Assembly: GCA_965223845.1 (NCBI GenBank)
Contig: CBDCXR010000004.1
Coordinates: 928,001 to 992,000 of the forward strand
Direction: 5' to 3'
From: Planctomycetota bacterium
Lineage (GTDB): Bacteria; Planctomycetota; UBA8108; SXIK01
Length of the DNA: 64,000 bases
Shown: positions 19,781 to 29,800 of the stretch, one piece after another
Numbering within the stretch: position 1 is the stretch's first letter
Layout of the letters: each line of letters begins with the position of its first letter
The notes under the pieces: generated by a model
Told to the model about the DNA's origin: nothing
What the model saw: the letters and a program-made list of their open reading frames with translations, nothing else
Databases searched by the model: none
Made by a program: the position numbers and the translations under genes

Positions 19781-22165
19781 TCACTGGCAGCTCACGTTCG
19801 TCGCGCATCCGAGAGCCGCGTCCACCGGGAAGCAGCCGTGGCCTTGCGCAAGACACGCCTCGCCTTGGAAGAGGAAGCGCGCGAGCGTGACGAGGTCGGC
19901 GATCGACCCCGCACCGTCACCCGACACATCGACGACCGCGAGGGTACCTTCCGGGCTTGCGCACGGGGGCACCGCGGCATCGCCGAGAATGAGGAACCCG
20001 GGGAAGAGGAGCCGGACACCGCAGATGATGTCGCTGATGTTGCGCTCACCGTCTTGGTTGCAGTCGCCCGCGAGCTGGCTGACGAGCTCTGGACACGGGT
20101 CGCCGAAGGCCTCCTTCGCCGCGATCGTCGCGGTGAACGTCGTACCGTCGGCGCCGTCGTTGATCGCATCGAGGCCGCCCGTCGCGAGGTTCCCCGCGCC
20201 GTCCGGATCGATCGCGAAGTCGACGATATCACCGACGGCCAAGGTCGTGTCCACCGCGTAAGGAACGGCGTTCCCGTCGGTGAGCATCTCCGCGATCTGC
20301 GTCCCGTTGACGAAGATCCGGCAGACGGTGCCGTCGCCGCCCGCGCTCGCGTTGTTCGCGACGCCGGAGATCTGAACGAGCCCGTCGTGCGTGCTCGTCC
20401 AGCGCCGCATCGCCCAGTGGACGTCGGGGTCCGTCTGGCCGTTCGCCGCCGGATGCCCGCCGGCGGCGCTGATCTCGGTCCACGGACCGTGGCTCACCGG
20501 CGCGCCGTTCGCGAGAAGGTCCCACTTGGTTCCGTCCCAGTGGTTCGCGGACGATTTCCAGCCTCCGACTTCCGGGTCGGCGCTGACGACGTCGCTTCCG
20601 TCGTTGAGGAAGAGGACGAAGTCACTCGTGTCGAACTGGCCGTTTTGGTTCTCGCCGTCGTCGCGGGCGTCGTAGTAGCCGTACTCCCAGCCGTTCTCGC
20701 CCTGAGTTCCCGTCGCCGACCAATCGGCCTGGGAATCGGCGATGGTCTGGAGGTTCGCGGCTTCGCACGGAATCTCGGGGTTGATCGCGAGGAACGTGAA
20801 GGATCCGTCCGCGCCGTCCGACGGATTGCCGTCGACGCCGACCGGTGTGAGGGCGAGGTCGACGATCGAGTTCGCCGAGAGATTCGTGTAATGGACGCGA
20901 TGCACGCCGGCCGGCGAGTTCGTCGCCACGCGGTCGATCTCGACGCCGTCGATGAAGAGGATCGCCGTCGTTCCTTGACCGCCCGTATTCTGGGCGCGGA
21001 CGGCCCAGTTGATTCCCACCGTCTGCTCGGCCGGCTCCGCCGGCGCCTGGTAGCGGCGGATCACCCAATGCTCGCCGCCGTTGTTGTCGCCGTTCGGGTG
21101 GACGAAGTCCTCGCGTAGGGTCGTCCAGGGCGCGTTCGTCGGCACGAGACGCCACTGTCCGTTCGGACCCTGATCCGCGCGCCAGTGATCTTCGAAGACG
21201 AACGGCATGAAGTCGCCGACCGCGTAGCCCTCTTCGGCATCCTCGCCAGGCACGTAGTAGCCGTTCGTCCAGCCGTTCGCGCCCTGCTCGCTGGAGAAAT
21301 CGATGGCCGAGTTCGGGTCACCGTCGCAGGCGTCGCCGTCGCCGTCGCCGTCGAAGTCGGCCTGGCCGGGATTCGCCACGCCGGGACAGTTGTCGCAGGC
21401 GTCGCCGAGACCGTCCGAGTCGGTGTCGGCCTGGTCGTCATTGCAGATCGTGGGGCAGTTGTCGATCGTGTCTGGCGTGCCGTCGCCGTCGGAGTCGAGG
21501 ATTTCGGTGTCCACCCAGAGCCGATTCCGCGAGCCGTCGCAGCCGTCGGTGAGGTCGGCGTCGGGGCCTGGGCTGAGGACGAGATCGACCACCTGGCCGG
21601 CGCTGAGACTGTAGACGAATCCCTTCGTGAAGCCCTCGCCGTCAGCGGCGCCGATCGAGACATCGTCCTCAATGACGCCGTCGACCAAGACGATGCCGCG
21701 AACGCCGTTGCCGCAGTTGACGTTCGCCTTCGACATCGACCAGAAGATCGTGACGTCGCCGGTGTGGTCGCTGGTCCAGCGCCTCACCGTGAGGTGGATT
21801 CCCCACGGGTCGGCGTTGTTCGAACCGTTCGGGTGGGTGTCCGTCTTGTTCATGAAGGTCCACGGCGCGGACGCTTCGCTCGTGAGATCGTAGACCTCAC
21901 CCGTCCAGTGGTTCCCGTCGGGTGCGACTCCGTCGGCCGGATCGCCGCGCGTAAACGGAATGAACTGCGCGGCATCGACCGACGCATTCACGTATCCGAA
22001 CGACCACTCGCCTGGCGCCGGTACCTCCGCCTGATTCTGCGGCGCGTCCCAGCCCGTCTCCGAGTCGGCGATGATGTCCGCCCGAACCGGAGTTGCGACG
22101 AGCGCGACCGCTAGCGCGACTCCGAGACCGGCGAGACGAAACAGATTTCGTGTACCCATAGTCAT
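19781..22165 (-). CDS. Secreted protein: 3 copies of the unnamed Trp-rich domain, TSP3 repeats, variant dockerin-like C-terminus
   Basis: Start ATG 22165 after GGAGG. Signal peptide ...ALVATPVRA. TSP3 repeats DSDGDGTPDTIDNCP...DACD. C-terminal LAGDCNQDGERNISDII...VDVSGDGAGSIADLV. Confidence 0.88.
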   Translation of the reverse strand: MTMGTRNLFRLAGLGVALAVALVATPVRADIIADSETGWDAPQNQAEVPAPGEWSFGYVNASVDAAQFIPFTRGDPADGVAPDGNHWTGEVYDLTSEASAPWTFMNKTDTHPNGSNNADPWGIHLTVRRWTSDHTGDVTIFWSMSKANVNCGNGVRGIVLVDGVIEDDVSIGAADGEGFTKGFVYSLSAGQVVDLVLSPGPDADLTDGCDGSRNRLWVDTEILDSDGDGTPDTIDNCPTICNDDQADTDSDGLGDACDNCPGVANPGQADFDGDGDGDACDGDPNSAIDFSSEQGANGWTNGYYVPGEDAEEGYAVGDFMPFVFEDHWRADQGPNGQWRLVPTNAPWTTLREDFVHPNGDNNGGEHWVIRRYQAPAEPAEQTVGINWAVRAQNTGGQGTTAILFIDGVEIDRVATNSPAGVHRVHYTNLSANSIVDLALTPVGVDGNPSDGADGSFTFLAINPEIPCEAANLQTIADSQADWSATGTQGENGWEYGYYDARDDGENQNGQFDTSDFVLFLNDGSDVVSADPEVGGWKSSANHWDGTKWDLLANGAPVSHGPWTEISAAGGHPAANGQTDPDVHWAMRRWTSTHDGLVQISGVANNASAGGDGTVCRIFVNGTQIAEMLTDGNAVPYAVDTTLAVGDIVDFAIDPDGAGNLATGGLDAINDGADGTTFTATIAAKEAFGDPCPELVSQLAGDCNQDGERNISDIICGVRLLFPGFLILGDAAVPPCASPEGTLAVVDVSGDGAGSIADLVTLARFLFQGEACLAQGHGCFPVDAALGCATNVSCQ

Positions 22166-22542
22166 TGCACCTCCCAGCGCAACATGAGCGTCAACCCTCT
22201 GCGGGAGCCAAGGAGCGCCCGCTTTCCTCGCTACGGGCGCTTCTGCGCCCCCGTTCATTGTTCCTAGCCGCGAGCACACGAGCCGCTCTCGTCTCCGGTC
22301 ACTCGGATGGAGAACGTGCTCGATGAGGCGCGTTGGCGACGTGAATCGTGGATGAATCCACACCCTGAAGCTGCTCGGCGAATCCTCCGAGCGTCCACTT
22401 TCGACCCGTCGATTGTCATCATGGCGTCCGGGGATTTCTACAAAAAGGGCCGGCCGCGTCCGTTTTCCGCGCGCGTTTGGGGGCGGTACGGGTGCCGGTC
22501 GTGATCGGACTCCCGGCGGAGTCGTCTTGCGCCAGGTCCGAC

Positions 22543-24540
22543 TCACTCCGCGGCGAGCGGCTCGCGGTGAGGACGATTTGCCTCGTAGCCGGCGATGCGG
22601 TCGCGGACGGTCTCGGCGAGCGCGTCACCGGACCGCTGCTCGGCGATGGCGAGAGCCCGCCGGGCAAAGCGGAGCGCGGCTGCGAAATCACCCGCCTCGG
22701 CGTACGCCGCGCCGAGCGTGTCGAGGGGCCCGGCCGAGGAGTAGCGCGTGGCGCTCGCCGCCGTCTCGGCGTGTCGAACCGCTGCGCGACCGTCGCGAAT
22801 CGCCGCGTCGGGATGGGTCGCGAGCAACCAAGCGAGATCGTTGGCGGCGCGGTGAAGATCGGCTCTGAGTCGAAGGGCGCTTTCGTACTCGGCGATCGCA
22901 GCTCGGGCGTCGCCCGATCGGCGGAGCACTCCTCCGAGCGCGTAGTGAACGTCCGGTTGCCCGCCGTACTTCTCGAGTGTGGTGCGGAGGTGCGCGACCG
23001 CGGCGGCGCGATCGCCGCTTGCCTCGAGCGCGCCGCCGAGGTCGATCACCGCCGGAACGAGCTGCGGGTGGTAGGAGAGCGCCGCACGGAAGGACGACGC
23101 CGCGGCAAGATGATCGCCGCCTCGGACCGCGATCTGTCCGAGCAGATGGTGAACGTCGGCGAGCCGACGATTGCGTGCCGTCCCTTCGGGCGACGCCGCG
23201 CTCGGCGGGCCGGGATCCTCGGCGAGAAACTGCTCGAGGATCGCGCGCGCGTCCTCCGGGTACTCGCCCTCGAGATACGTGCGCGCGAGTGAGATCACGT
23301 TCGACACGAACGCGTCACCCGCCCAAATTCCCGGGAACGGCACCGAGAGATCGCGGAGCTCCTTGCCGCTCGCCGCGAGAGTCTTCGCATCGGCGAGAAT
23401 CTGGTCCTTTTCCACCGCTCCCTTGTAGACGACGGCGAGCCGTCGCTCGGCGTCGAGGAGGAAGCTCGACGGGAGCGGGAGCTGTCGCTCCCGGTAGATC
23501 GCAGCCTGCTGCAGGCCGTCGAGCGTCTCGACGAGAGCTTTGGGACCGATCCCCGCCGCGAACTCGACTCCGAGACGAGCGAGCATCGCGCGCGGTTTCG
23601 CCGGGTCGGTGGGCTCGCGCAGGCCGTCGACGTTGAGCGCGAGGAGAGCAATCCCCGCGGCCTCGAGCTCCTTCGCGGCCCCGGCGAGTGCGCGGAGCTC
23701 GACCGCGCAGGGACTGCACCAGGTTGCCCAGAGGAGAAGGAGCGTCGGTCGCGCCGGGAGGTTCGCGAGGGAAATCTCCCGACCGTCGAAACTCTCGTAG
23801 GCTCCGTCGACCTTCGGGCGATCCGACAGCCGGATGCGCGCCGCGTCGGTGAGCGGCGCTCCTTTTGGCGTCGATGAAGCTAGAGGAGAAGGCGGCTGGT
23901 TCGGCTCGACGGCTTCCGCTACTCCCGTCCCTTCCCGCAGACGGTGACGCGATCCGATCGCGACGCCGGTGAACGTCTCGCGGCGTACCGAGCCGGGCCA
24001 GCGGACGACGACGGACTCGACGCCTTCGGCTTCGCCCGTTCCGAAGTAGAGCCACTTTGTCGACTGACTGAGGTAGCCGTCGCCGGCGACCAGCGTCTTC
24101 GCGCGTTTCGCGGGCTCGACCCCGGCGAGCTCGATCTCGACGCGTGCACCGATCGCGTCGCGATTCGTTCCGCGGGCGGGATCGCCGAGGAGTCGGAGCG
24201 CGACGAATCGTCCGCGCGGCGCGGCGTCGTTCCGGAGGAGTCTCACCCGCGGACTCGTGCGTGAGGCGATCCAGAGGTCGACGTCACCGTCGCGGTCCCA
24301 ATCGCTCAGAGCGACCGTACGGCTGTCGTCGATGTGATCGAGTCCCGACGCCGCGGAGACGTCCGCGAACCGCGTGGCGCGCGTGTTGAGAAACGCGCAG
24401 TTTCGTTCCTTTCCGCTGAACGAGCGGCCCTTTCGAATGAGCTGCGCGAGCTCCTGCCACGCGTCCATGTAGCCGTCCAGAGGATCGCCCGCGTCCTCGC
24501 CGGCAGGGGTTTGCGACACGACCTGTCGCCAGTAGAAGCT
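22543..24540 (-). CDS. C-terminal part of a probable UGA-readthrough protein: last FG-GAP blade, ASPIC/UnbV domain, TlpA-like redoxin (WCSPC), TPR repeats
   Basis: DWDRDGDVDL, RDAIGARVEI...GDGYLSQS...YFGTG...VVVRWPG, LWATWCSPC and TPR-like helices (NDLAWLLAT, LDTLGAAYAEAG). The frame is open immediately after the upstream TGA, and there is no RBS before GTG 24519. Confidence 0.85.
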   Translation of the reverse strand, partial: SFYWRQVVSQTPAGEDAGDPLDGYMDAWQELAQLIRKGRSFSGKERNCAFLNTRATRFADVSAASGLDHIDDSRTVALSDWDRDGDVDLWIASRTSPRVRLLRNDAAPRGRFVALRLLGDPARGTNRDAIGARVEIELAGVEPAKRAKTLVAGDGYLSQSTKWLYFGTGEAEGVESVVVRWPGSVRRETFTGVAIGSRHRLREGTGVAEAVEPNQPPSPLASSTPKGAPLTDAARIRLSDRPKVDGAYESFDGREISLANLPARPTLLLLWATWCSPCAVELRALAGAAKELEAAGIALLALNVDGLREPTDPAKPRAMLARLGVEFAAGIGPKALVETLDGLQQAAIYRERQLPLPSSFLLDAERRLAVVYKGAVEKDQILADAKTLAASGKELRDLSVPFPGIWAGDAFVSNVISLARTYLEGEYPEDARAILEQFLAEDPGPPSAASPEGTARNRRLADVHHLLGQIAVRGGDHLAAASSFRAALSYHPQLVPAVIDLGGALEASGDRAAAVAHLRTTLEKYGGQPDVHYALGGVLRRSGDARAAIAEYESALRLRADLHRAANDLAWLLATHPDAAIRDGRAAVRHAETAASATRYSSAGPLDTLGAAYAEAGDFAAALRFARRALAIAEQRSGDALAETVRDRIAGYEANRPHREPLAAE

Positions 24541-24543
24541 TCA
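24513..24543 (-). promoter_or_regulatory. In-frame UGA plus putative bacterial SECIS element
   Basis: mRNA reads UGA-AGCUUCUACUG (11 nt)-GCGACA GGUCG UGUCGC. This is a perfect 6-bp stem whose spacing and CAGGUC core match the E. coli fdhF SECIS. Confidence 0.65.
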
Positions 24544-26499
24544 CAAGTCGCCCGTGTCGTCGGGCTGTGTAATGAACCCGTTCGTGACGACGAGATCTTC
24601 CCAGCCGTCTGAGTTGAGATCGACGAACTTCGATCCCCAGGCCCAACGTCCGATGCTGACCGCGCTCGCGACGCTGACGTCCTCGAACGTACCGTCGCCG
24701 CGGTTTTGAAAGAGCGAGTTTCCCCGCGCATGCCGGCGGAGTTGCTTGCGGAATTCGCCCGAGCCGCCGGCGTGAAATCGGCTCTGCGTCGTGATGCGTC
24801 CCCCGGCAGAGGAGAACATGTTGCTGACGTAGAGGTCGGGGCGGCCGTCGTTGTTCGGGTCGCCCCAGCACACGGACATCCCCGGAGAGATGTCCTCGAC
24901 GCCCGCGGTCGCGGCGATGTCGCGAAAGTTCCCGCCGAGATTCTCGTAGAGGTTGTTGCGACCGAAATCGTTCGCGACGTAGAGGTCGAGATCGCCGTCG
25001 CCGTCGAAATCTTCCCACGCCGCCGCGTAGCTGAAGCGGCGATTGTTCTCGTCGAGACCGGCGCTCTTCGTCGCGTGGCGAAAGCGCCAGTTGCCGTCGT
25101 TTCTGAGGAGTACGTTCCGGCCGCCGTTGTTCGCATCGTGGTAGGGGACGGGACGCGCGAAGACGAGGTGACGATTCACTTTCGGCCGGCGGTTGTAGCA
25201 GCAGACGAATAGGTCGAGGTCGCCGTCCGAGTCGTAGTCCGCCGCCGCGAGCGAGTAGGGAATCGCCGCGGGGATGATCTCGGCCGAGCGGACCGCGAAC
25301 CTTCCCGTGCCGTCGCCGCGGCAAAGGTAGACGCCGCTCGAGACTCCGACCGCGAGGTCCTGGTGGCCGTCGCCGTCGAAGTCGACCGCGACTGCGCCGT
25401 GGGTGGAGTCGAGGCAGTTGACTCCCGATTGGGCGGACACGTCGCGAAGCGTGCCATCGGGCGACTGCAAGTAGAGCAGATTCGGCAGCCCACCGGGCTG
25501 ACAGACGTAGACGTCGTCGCGGTCGTCGCCGTTGAAGTCGGCGACGGCGAGGCCCTGCCAGCCGCCGATGTCGAGACCGTGCCGCGTCTCGATGCGCGCG
25601 GTCCAGTGATCGATCCCCGGGAGAACCTGAGTCGCGTAGCTCGGCGCGTTCGCGAAGACCGCCTCGGTACAGTCGGCGAAGAGTGGAGCCGGGCCTTTGC
25701 CGACCGTCTCCTCGTAATCGACGAGACGGAGCGCGGTGAGCCGGGGACGCTCCGCATCGGCGAGCGCCCAGTGGTGTTCCCACGTTGAGCGAACCTGGAG
25801 GAGGCCGCCCGCGGTTCGTCCGCTCGCTTGGAAATAGCTTTCCGCGCGGGCCGTCGCGCCCGAAATCTCCGTGCGGAAGAGCTTGCTCTTTACGTGCACG
25901 TCCGCGTCGATCGGCCACAACTGCGCGACGCCGGAGAGCACGGACGCGAGGTCCGTAGCGGCGGCCGGGGCGGTGTCGGCCGATCCGCGGCGAACTTCGA
26001 AGGCGGCGTCCGTGAATGCGACTGAGAGCACCGGCGGCCGGAGGGCGGTCACCTCGTAGGACGGCGCGACGAGACCCTGGACCTCGTCGGATCCCACGGC
26101 GCGTCCGCTCGTAGCGAGCGCCTCGAGCTCGTGGAGGCGATCCGCGATCGAGGCGCCCACGACTTCGCTCGTCCACCCGTCTCGATCGGCGGGTTCCGCC
26201 GGCGGTGCGTCCGGCACGCCGGAGATCACGGCGGGTGGCTCGTCGGGCGCGGTAGCCACCGACGTCTGGTTTGCCGTTCCCGGCGACGGCGCCGTCGCCG
26301 GAGAGGGGTCCGAGGACGGCGAGCACGCGGACCCGAAGATCGCCCAGGCGGCTAGGGCGATGGTCGCGAGACCGCTTCGGATCGCCACCGGACGGCGCCA
26401 GCCCGCAAACGCGCGCCCGACGGCTCCGGAAGGTTCTCTATTCCCTTGGAAAAGCACAAATCGAATCATAAGATTGCGATCCGACGGGTCGGTCGACAT
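24541..26499 (-). CDS. CRTAC1-like FG-GAP beta-propeller lipoprotein, N-terminal part (probably continues through UGA to 22543)
   Basis: Lipobox-like AIFGSAC. Repeated FG-GAP motifs DFNGDDRDDVY, DFDGDGHQDL, DYDSDGDLDL, DFDGDGDLDLY, DPNNDGRPDLY and DLNSDGWEDL. Ends NGFITQPDDTGDL-TGA. Exact start uncertain. Confidence 0.88.
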   Translation of the reverse strand: MSTDPSDRNLMIRFVLFQGNREPSGAVGRAFAGWRRPVAIRSGLATIALAAWAIFGSACSPSSDPSPATAPSPGTANQTSVATAPDEPPAVISGVPDAPPAEPADRDGWTSEVVGASIADRLHELEALATSGRAVGSDEVQGLVAPSYEVTALRPPVLSVAFTDAAFEVRRGSADTAPAAATDLASVLSGVAQLWPIDADVHVKSKLFRTEISGATARAESYFQASGRTAGGLLQVRSTWEHHWALADAERPRLTALRLVDYEETVGKGPAPLFADCTEAVFANAPSYATQVLPGIDHWTARIETRHGLDIGGWQGLAVADFNGDDRDDVYVCQPGGLPNLLYLQSPDGTLRDVSAQSGVNCLDSTHGAVAVDFDGDGHQDLAVGVSSGVYLCRGDGTGRFAVRSAEIIPAAIPYSLAAADYDSDGDLDLFVCCYNRRPKVNRHLVFARPVPYHDANNGGRNVLLRNDGNWRFRHATKSAGLDENNRRFSYAAAWEDFDGDGDLDLYVANDFGRNNLYENLGGNFRDIAATAGVEDISPGMSVCWGDPNNDGRPDLYVSNMFSSAGGRITTQSRFHAGGSGEFRKQLRRHARGNSLFQNRGDGTFEDVSVASAVSIGRWAWGSKFVDLNSDGWEDLVVTNGFITQPDDTGDL

Positions 26500-26812
26500 C
26501 GGGTTCTCACCGCGTACTGAGTTTCATCGCGAGAGCGTGCTCTCGACGGGTCGAAGTCCGGCGGCGAGGCGGCGCTTTCGCTGCGTTTCGTCTCGGGCTC
26601 GGGTGCGTGGCAAGCAGGCGGACCGTCGCTCTCGGAGGATCGTGAAGAGAAAACCACCGTGCGGAGTCGGGGCTGCGAACGCAGGCTGTACTTCGTCTCG
26701 CCGGGGCGCTGTCGCTCGGCTCGATGCGGCCGCCTCGGTTCCGGCCATCCCGGCATCCGCGACGGCGCGGCGATCGGCGGGGATTACCGTTTCACCACAA
26801 GAATCATCGTTC

Positions 26813-29800
26813 ATGCTCGAGCTTAGACGACCTCGCGGGCAGTTGCGACGGCGTACCCAACAGATTGTGTCCGGCGGTCGGCGGCGGTCGAACGGGAGAC
26901 GATCTCTCTGGTTCGTACTCGGCGTGCCCGCAGTGGTGCTCGTGAGCTTCGGTTCTCGACCGGTGCACGCAGATATCATCGCCGACTCGTCCGCCGATTG
27001 GTCGACCACCGGGACTCAGGGCGCCGGCGGCTGGTTTCACGGGTACTACAACCGCTCCACCGACGGGAACGGAACTTACCAGACGGGGGACTTCACGGCG
27101 TACACGAACTCCGCCGGCGCGGGAGGGGGAGCGGTCAGCCCCGACGGGAATCACTGGACCGGCTCGGCGTGGGACCTTCTCGACGAGGCATCCGGACCGT
27201 GGACGTTCTCCGCGTCCGAGGCGACCCATCCGAACGGGACGAACAACGGCGACGAGCACTGGACCATCCGGCGGTGGGTCAGCGACTTCGACGGCCCCGT
27301 GACGATCGGCTGGTCGACCGCGAAGTCGAACACGAACTGCGGGAACGGCGTCGGGGCACGCCTCTACTTGAACGGAGCTCTCATCGATTCGGCGGCGATC
27401 GGCTCGGGCGATGGGACCGGTGTCACCCGAGAGCTCGACCGCACGATTTCTGCCGGTGACGTCATCGATCTCGCGCTCACGCCTACGGGGCCGGACGGCT
27501 CGCCGAGCGATGGCTGCGACGGCTCGATCAATCGGCTTTGGATCGACGATCTCGTGAGCGATCTCGACGACGACGGGGTTCTCGACGGAGACGACAATTG
27601 CCCGCGCGATCCGAATCCCGGGCAAGCGGACGGCGACTCCGACGGCGTCGGCGACGTCTGCGACAACTGCGTCGACGAGCCCAATGAAGACCAGCGCGAT
27701 CGCGATCGGGACGGACTCGGCGACGCCTGTGACGAACCGCTGACACCCGATCATTTCGACGTCGTCATCAGTGAGATCCACTACAACCCGGACGACGGGA
27801 GCGAGCTCGAGTTCGTCGAGTTCTTCAACGCGGCCGACGCGGCGCTCGATCTAACCGGCTGGTCGATGACGGGCGCGGTGCGCTTCGTGTTTCCCGACGG
27901 AGCGTCGATCCCGCCGGGCGGGCACGTCGTCGTCTGCCGGAATTCCGGTGTGCTTTCGAGCACTTTCGGCCTCGATCGCACCGCGCTCTTCGAATGGGTC
28001 GCGGCGGCGCTCGACAACGATGGGGAGGAAGTCGTCCTCCTCGACGCGACGGGAGCGATCGTCGATTCCGTGCGCTACGACGATTCCTTGCCGTGGGATA
28101 TCGACGCCGACGGAGACGGCCCCTCGCTGCAGCGACTCTGCGTCGAAGGGGAATCCGAGAATCCGCAGAACTGGCTCGCAGACATCGGAAGCCCGCCGAC
28201 GCCGATGGGGGAAGTTCAGGTGCCGCAGTGTCCGCCGCCCGTTCTCCCGCCGCCCGAGATCGCGATCAACGAGATCTACTACCATCCGCCGGGGGACCAG
28301 GAGGAGCGCGAGTACGTCGAGCTCACCAACACCACGGCAGCGCCGATCGACCTTCTCGGGTACTGCTTCTCGCAAGGGTTCAGTTTCTGCTTCGATACGA
28401 GCACGGTGATCGAGCCGGGCGAGTTTCTCGTCGTTTGCCGCGACGAGGCCGCAGTGAGGAGCGCGTTCGGGATCACGAATACGATCGGGAACTTCGTCGG
28501 GCAGCTCTCGAACAGCGGCGAGCGCATCACGCTCCTCAAGCCGGATGGCACGCTCGCCGATTCCGTGCGTTACCGCGACGAGGACAAATGGAATATCGCG
28601 GCCGATGGGCTCGGATTCAGCCTCGAGAAGTACGTTCCGGACGCGACTTCGGATCAGCCGGCGAGCTGGACGGACAGCGGCGCCGCCGAAGGGGGCGGCG
28701 GTGGAGGCTGGGCGACGGCATCCGTCCGCGGGACCGCGACGAGCGATCGCGTCTACTTCTACATCGAGGGGCCGGGCGAGTTTCTCATCGATGACGTCTC
28801 GCTCGTCAACATCGCCGATCCCGATCGAAATCTGCTTCCGAACGGAGACTTCGACGGCGGAATTGCCGGCTGGAGCGGAAACGGGAACCACTCGGGGAGC
28901 ACCTACAACACCGAGAACGAAGCCCTCCACGTCATCTCGAGCGGAACGGGTACCGGGTCGTCGAACGCGGTTCGAGTCGAGGCGATCGAGGCGCTCGAGC
29001 GCTCGAACGTCACCTACGAGCTGAAGTTTTCGTACTTCCACGTCTCGGGGAGCAACGAGCTGGTGGCTCGGCTTTCGAGCTCGACGCCGAGTCGGGGGAT
29101 CTACTGGGCCCTCGTTGGAGGCGGAGGCGCGGGGAGTGTCAGTCCTGGTGCTCCGAACAACGCGCTGAGCACTGTCGTCCCGCCGTTCGCGACCGGCATC
29201 GGTCGCTTCCCGCGGGAGCCGTTTTCCGACGAAGCCGTCTGGCTCACGACGAAAGTCATCGGCGAGGCGACCGAGGTGGAGCTCGTCGTCGACCTCGACA
29301 CCGGTACGCAGGAGCTCGAGATGTTCGACGACGGCGTATCGAATGACGGAATCGCGGGCGACGGTGTTTACGGAGCGTCGGTCCCGCCGCAGCCGCACCA
29401 CTCGGTGGTGACGTTCAAGATCGTCGCGACGGGGCCCGGCGGACAGCGAACGAGCCCACCGCGCACGGATACGGAGCCCGTGCACGCCTATTACGTGAGC
29501 GACTACCAGCCGCCGTCGGATCTCCCCGTCTACACCATGATCCTTCCGACGAGCAGCCCGAGGTCATGGATCGCCGGTCTCAACTGCTCGACCTACCGCT
29601 CTTGCTCCTTTGCGGTCGGAGGAGACGTCTACTACGACGTCGGCATCCGTCGCCGCGGCGGAAGCGTTTGCGGCGACGGCGACGTGATCAAGAAGTACCT
29701 CAAGATGAAGTTCAACCGTGGGCACGAGTTCAAGGGCGTGCGGCGGATCAACTTCCAGAGCCTCTGGACGGACAAGTCGCTGATTCGGGAGAACCTCGCC

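Noticed and set aside
24284-26326. 680-aa Arg-rich minus-strand ORF spanning the UGA junction, considered as a frameshift alternative
   Set aside because: Off-frame, low-complexity translation. The two real ORFs are already in the same frame, so no frameshift is needed.
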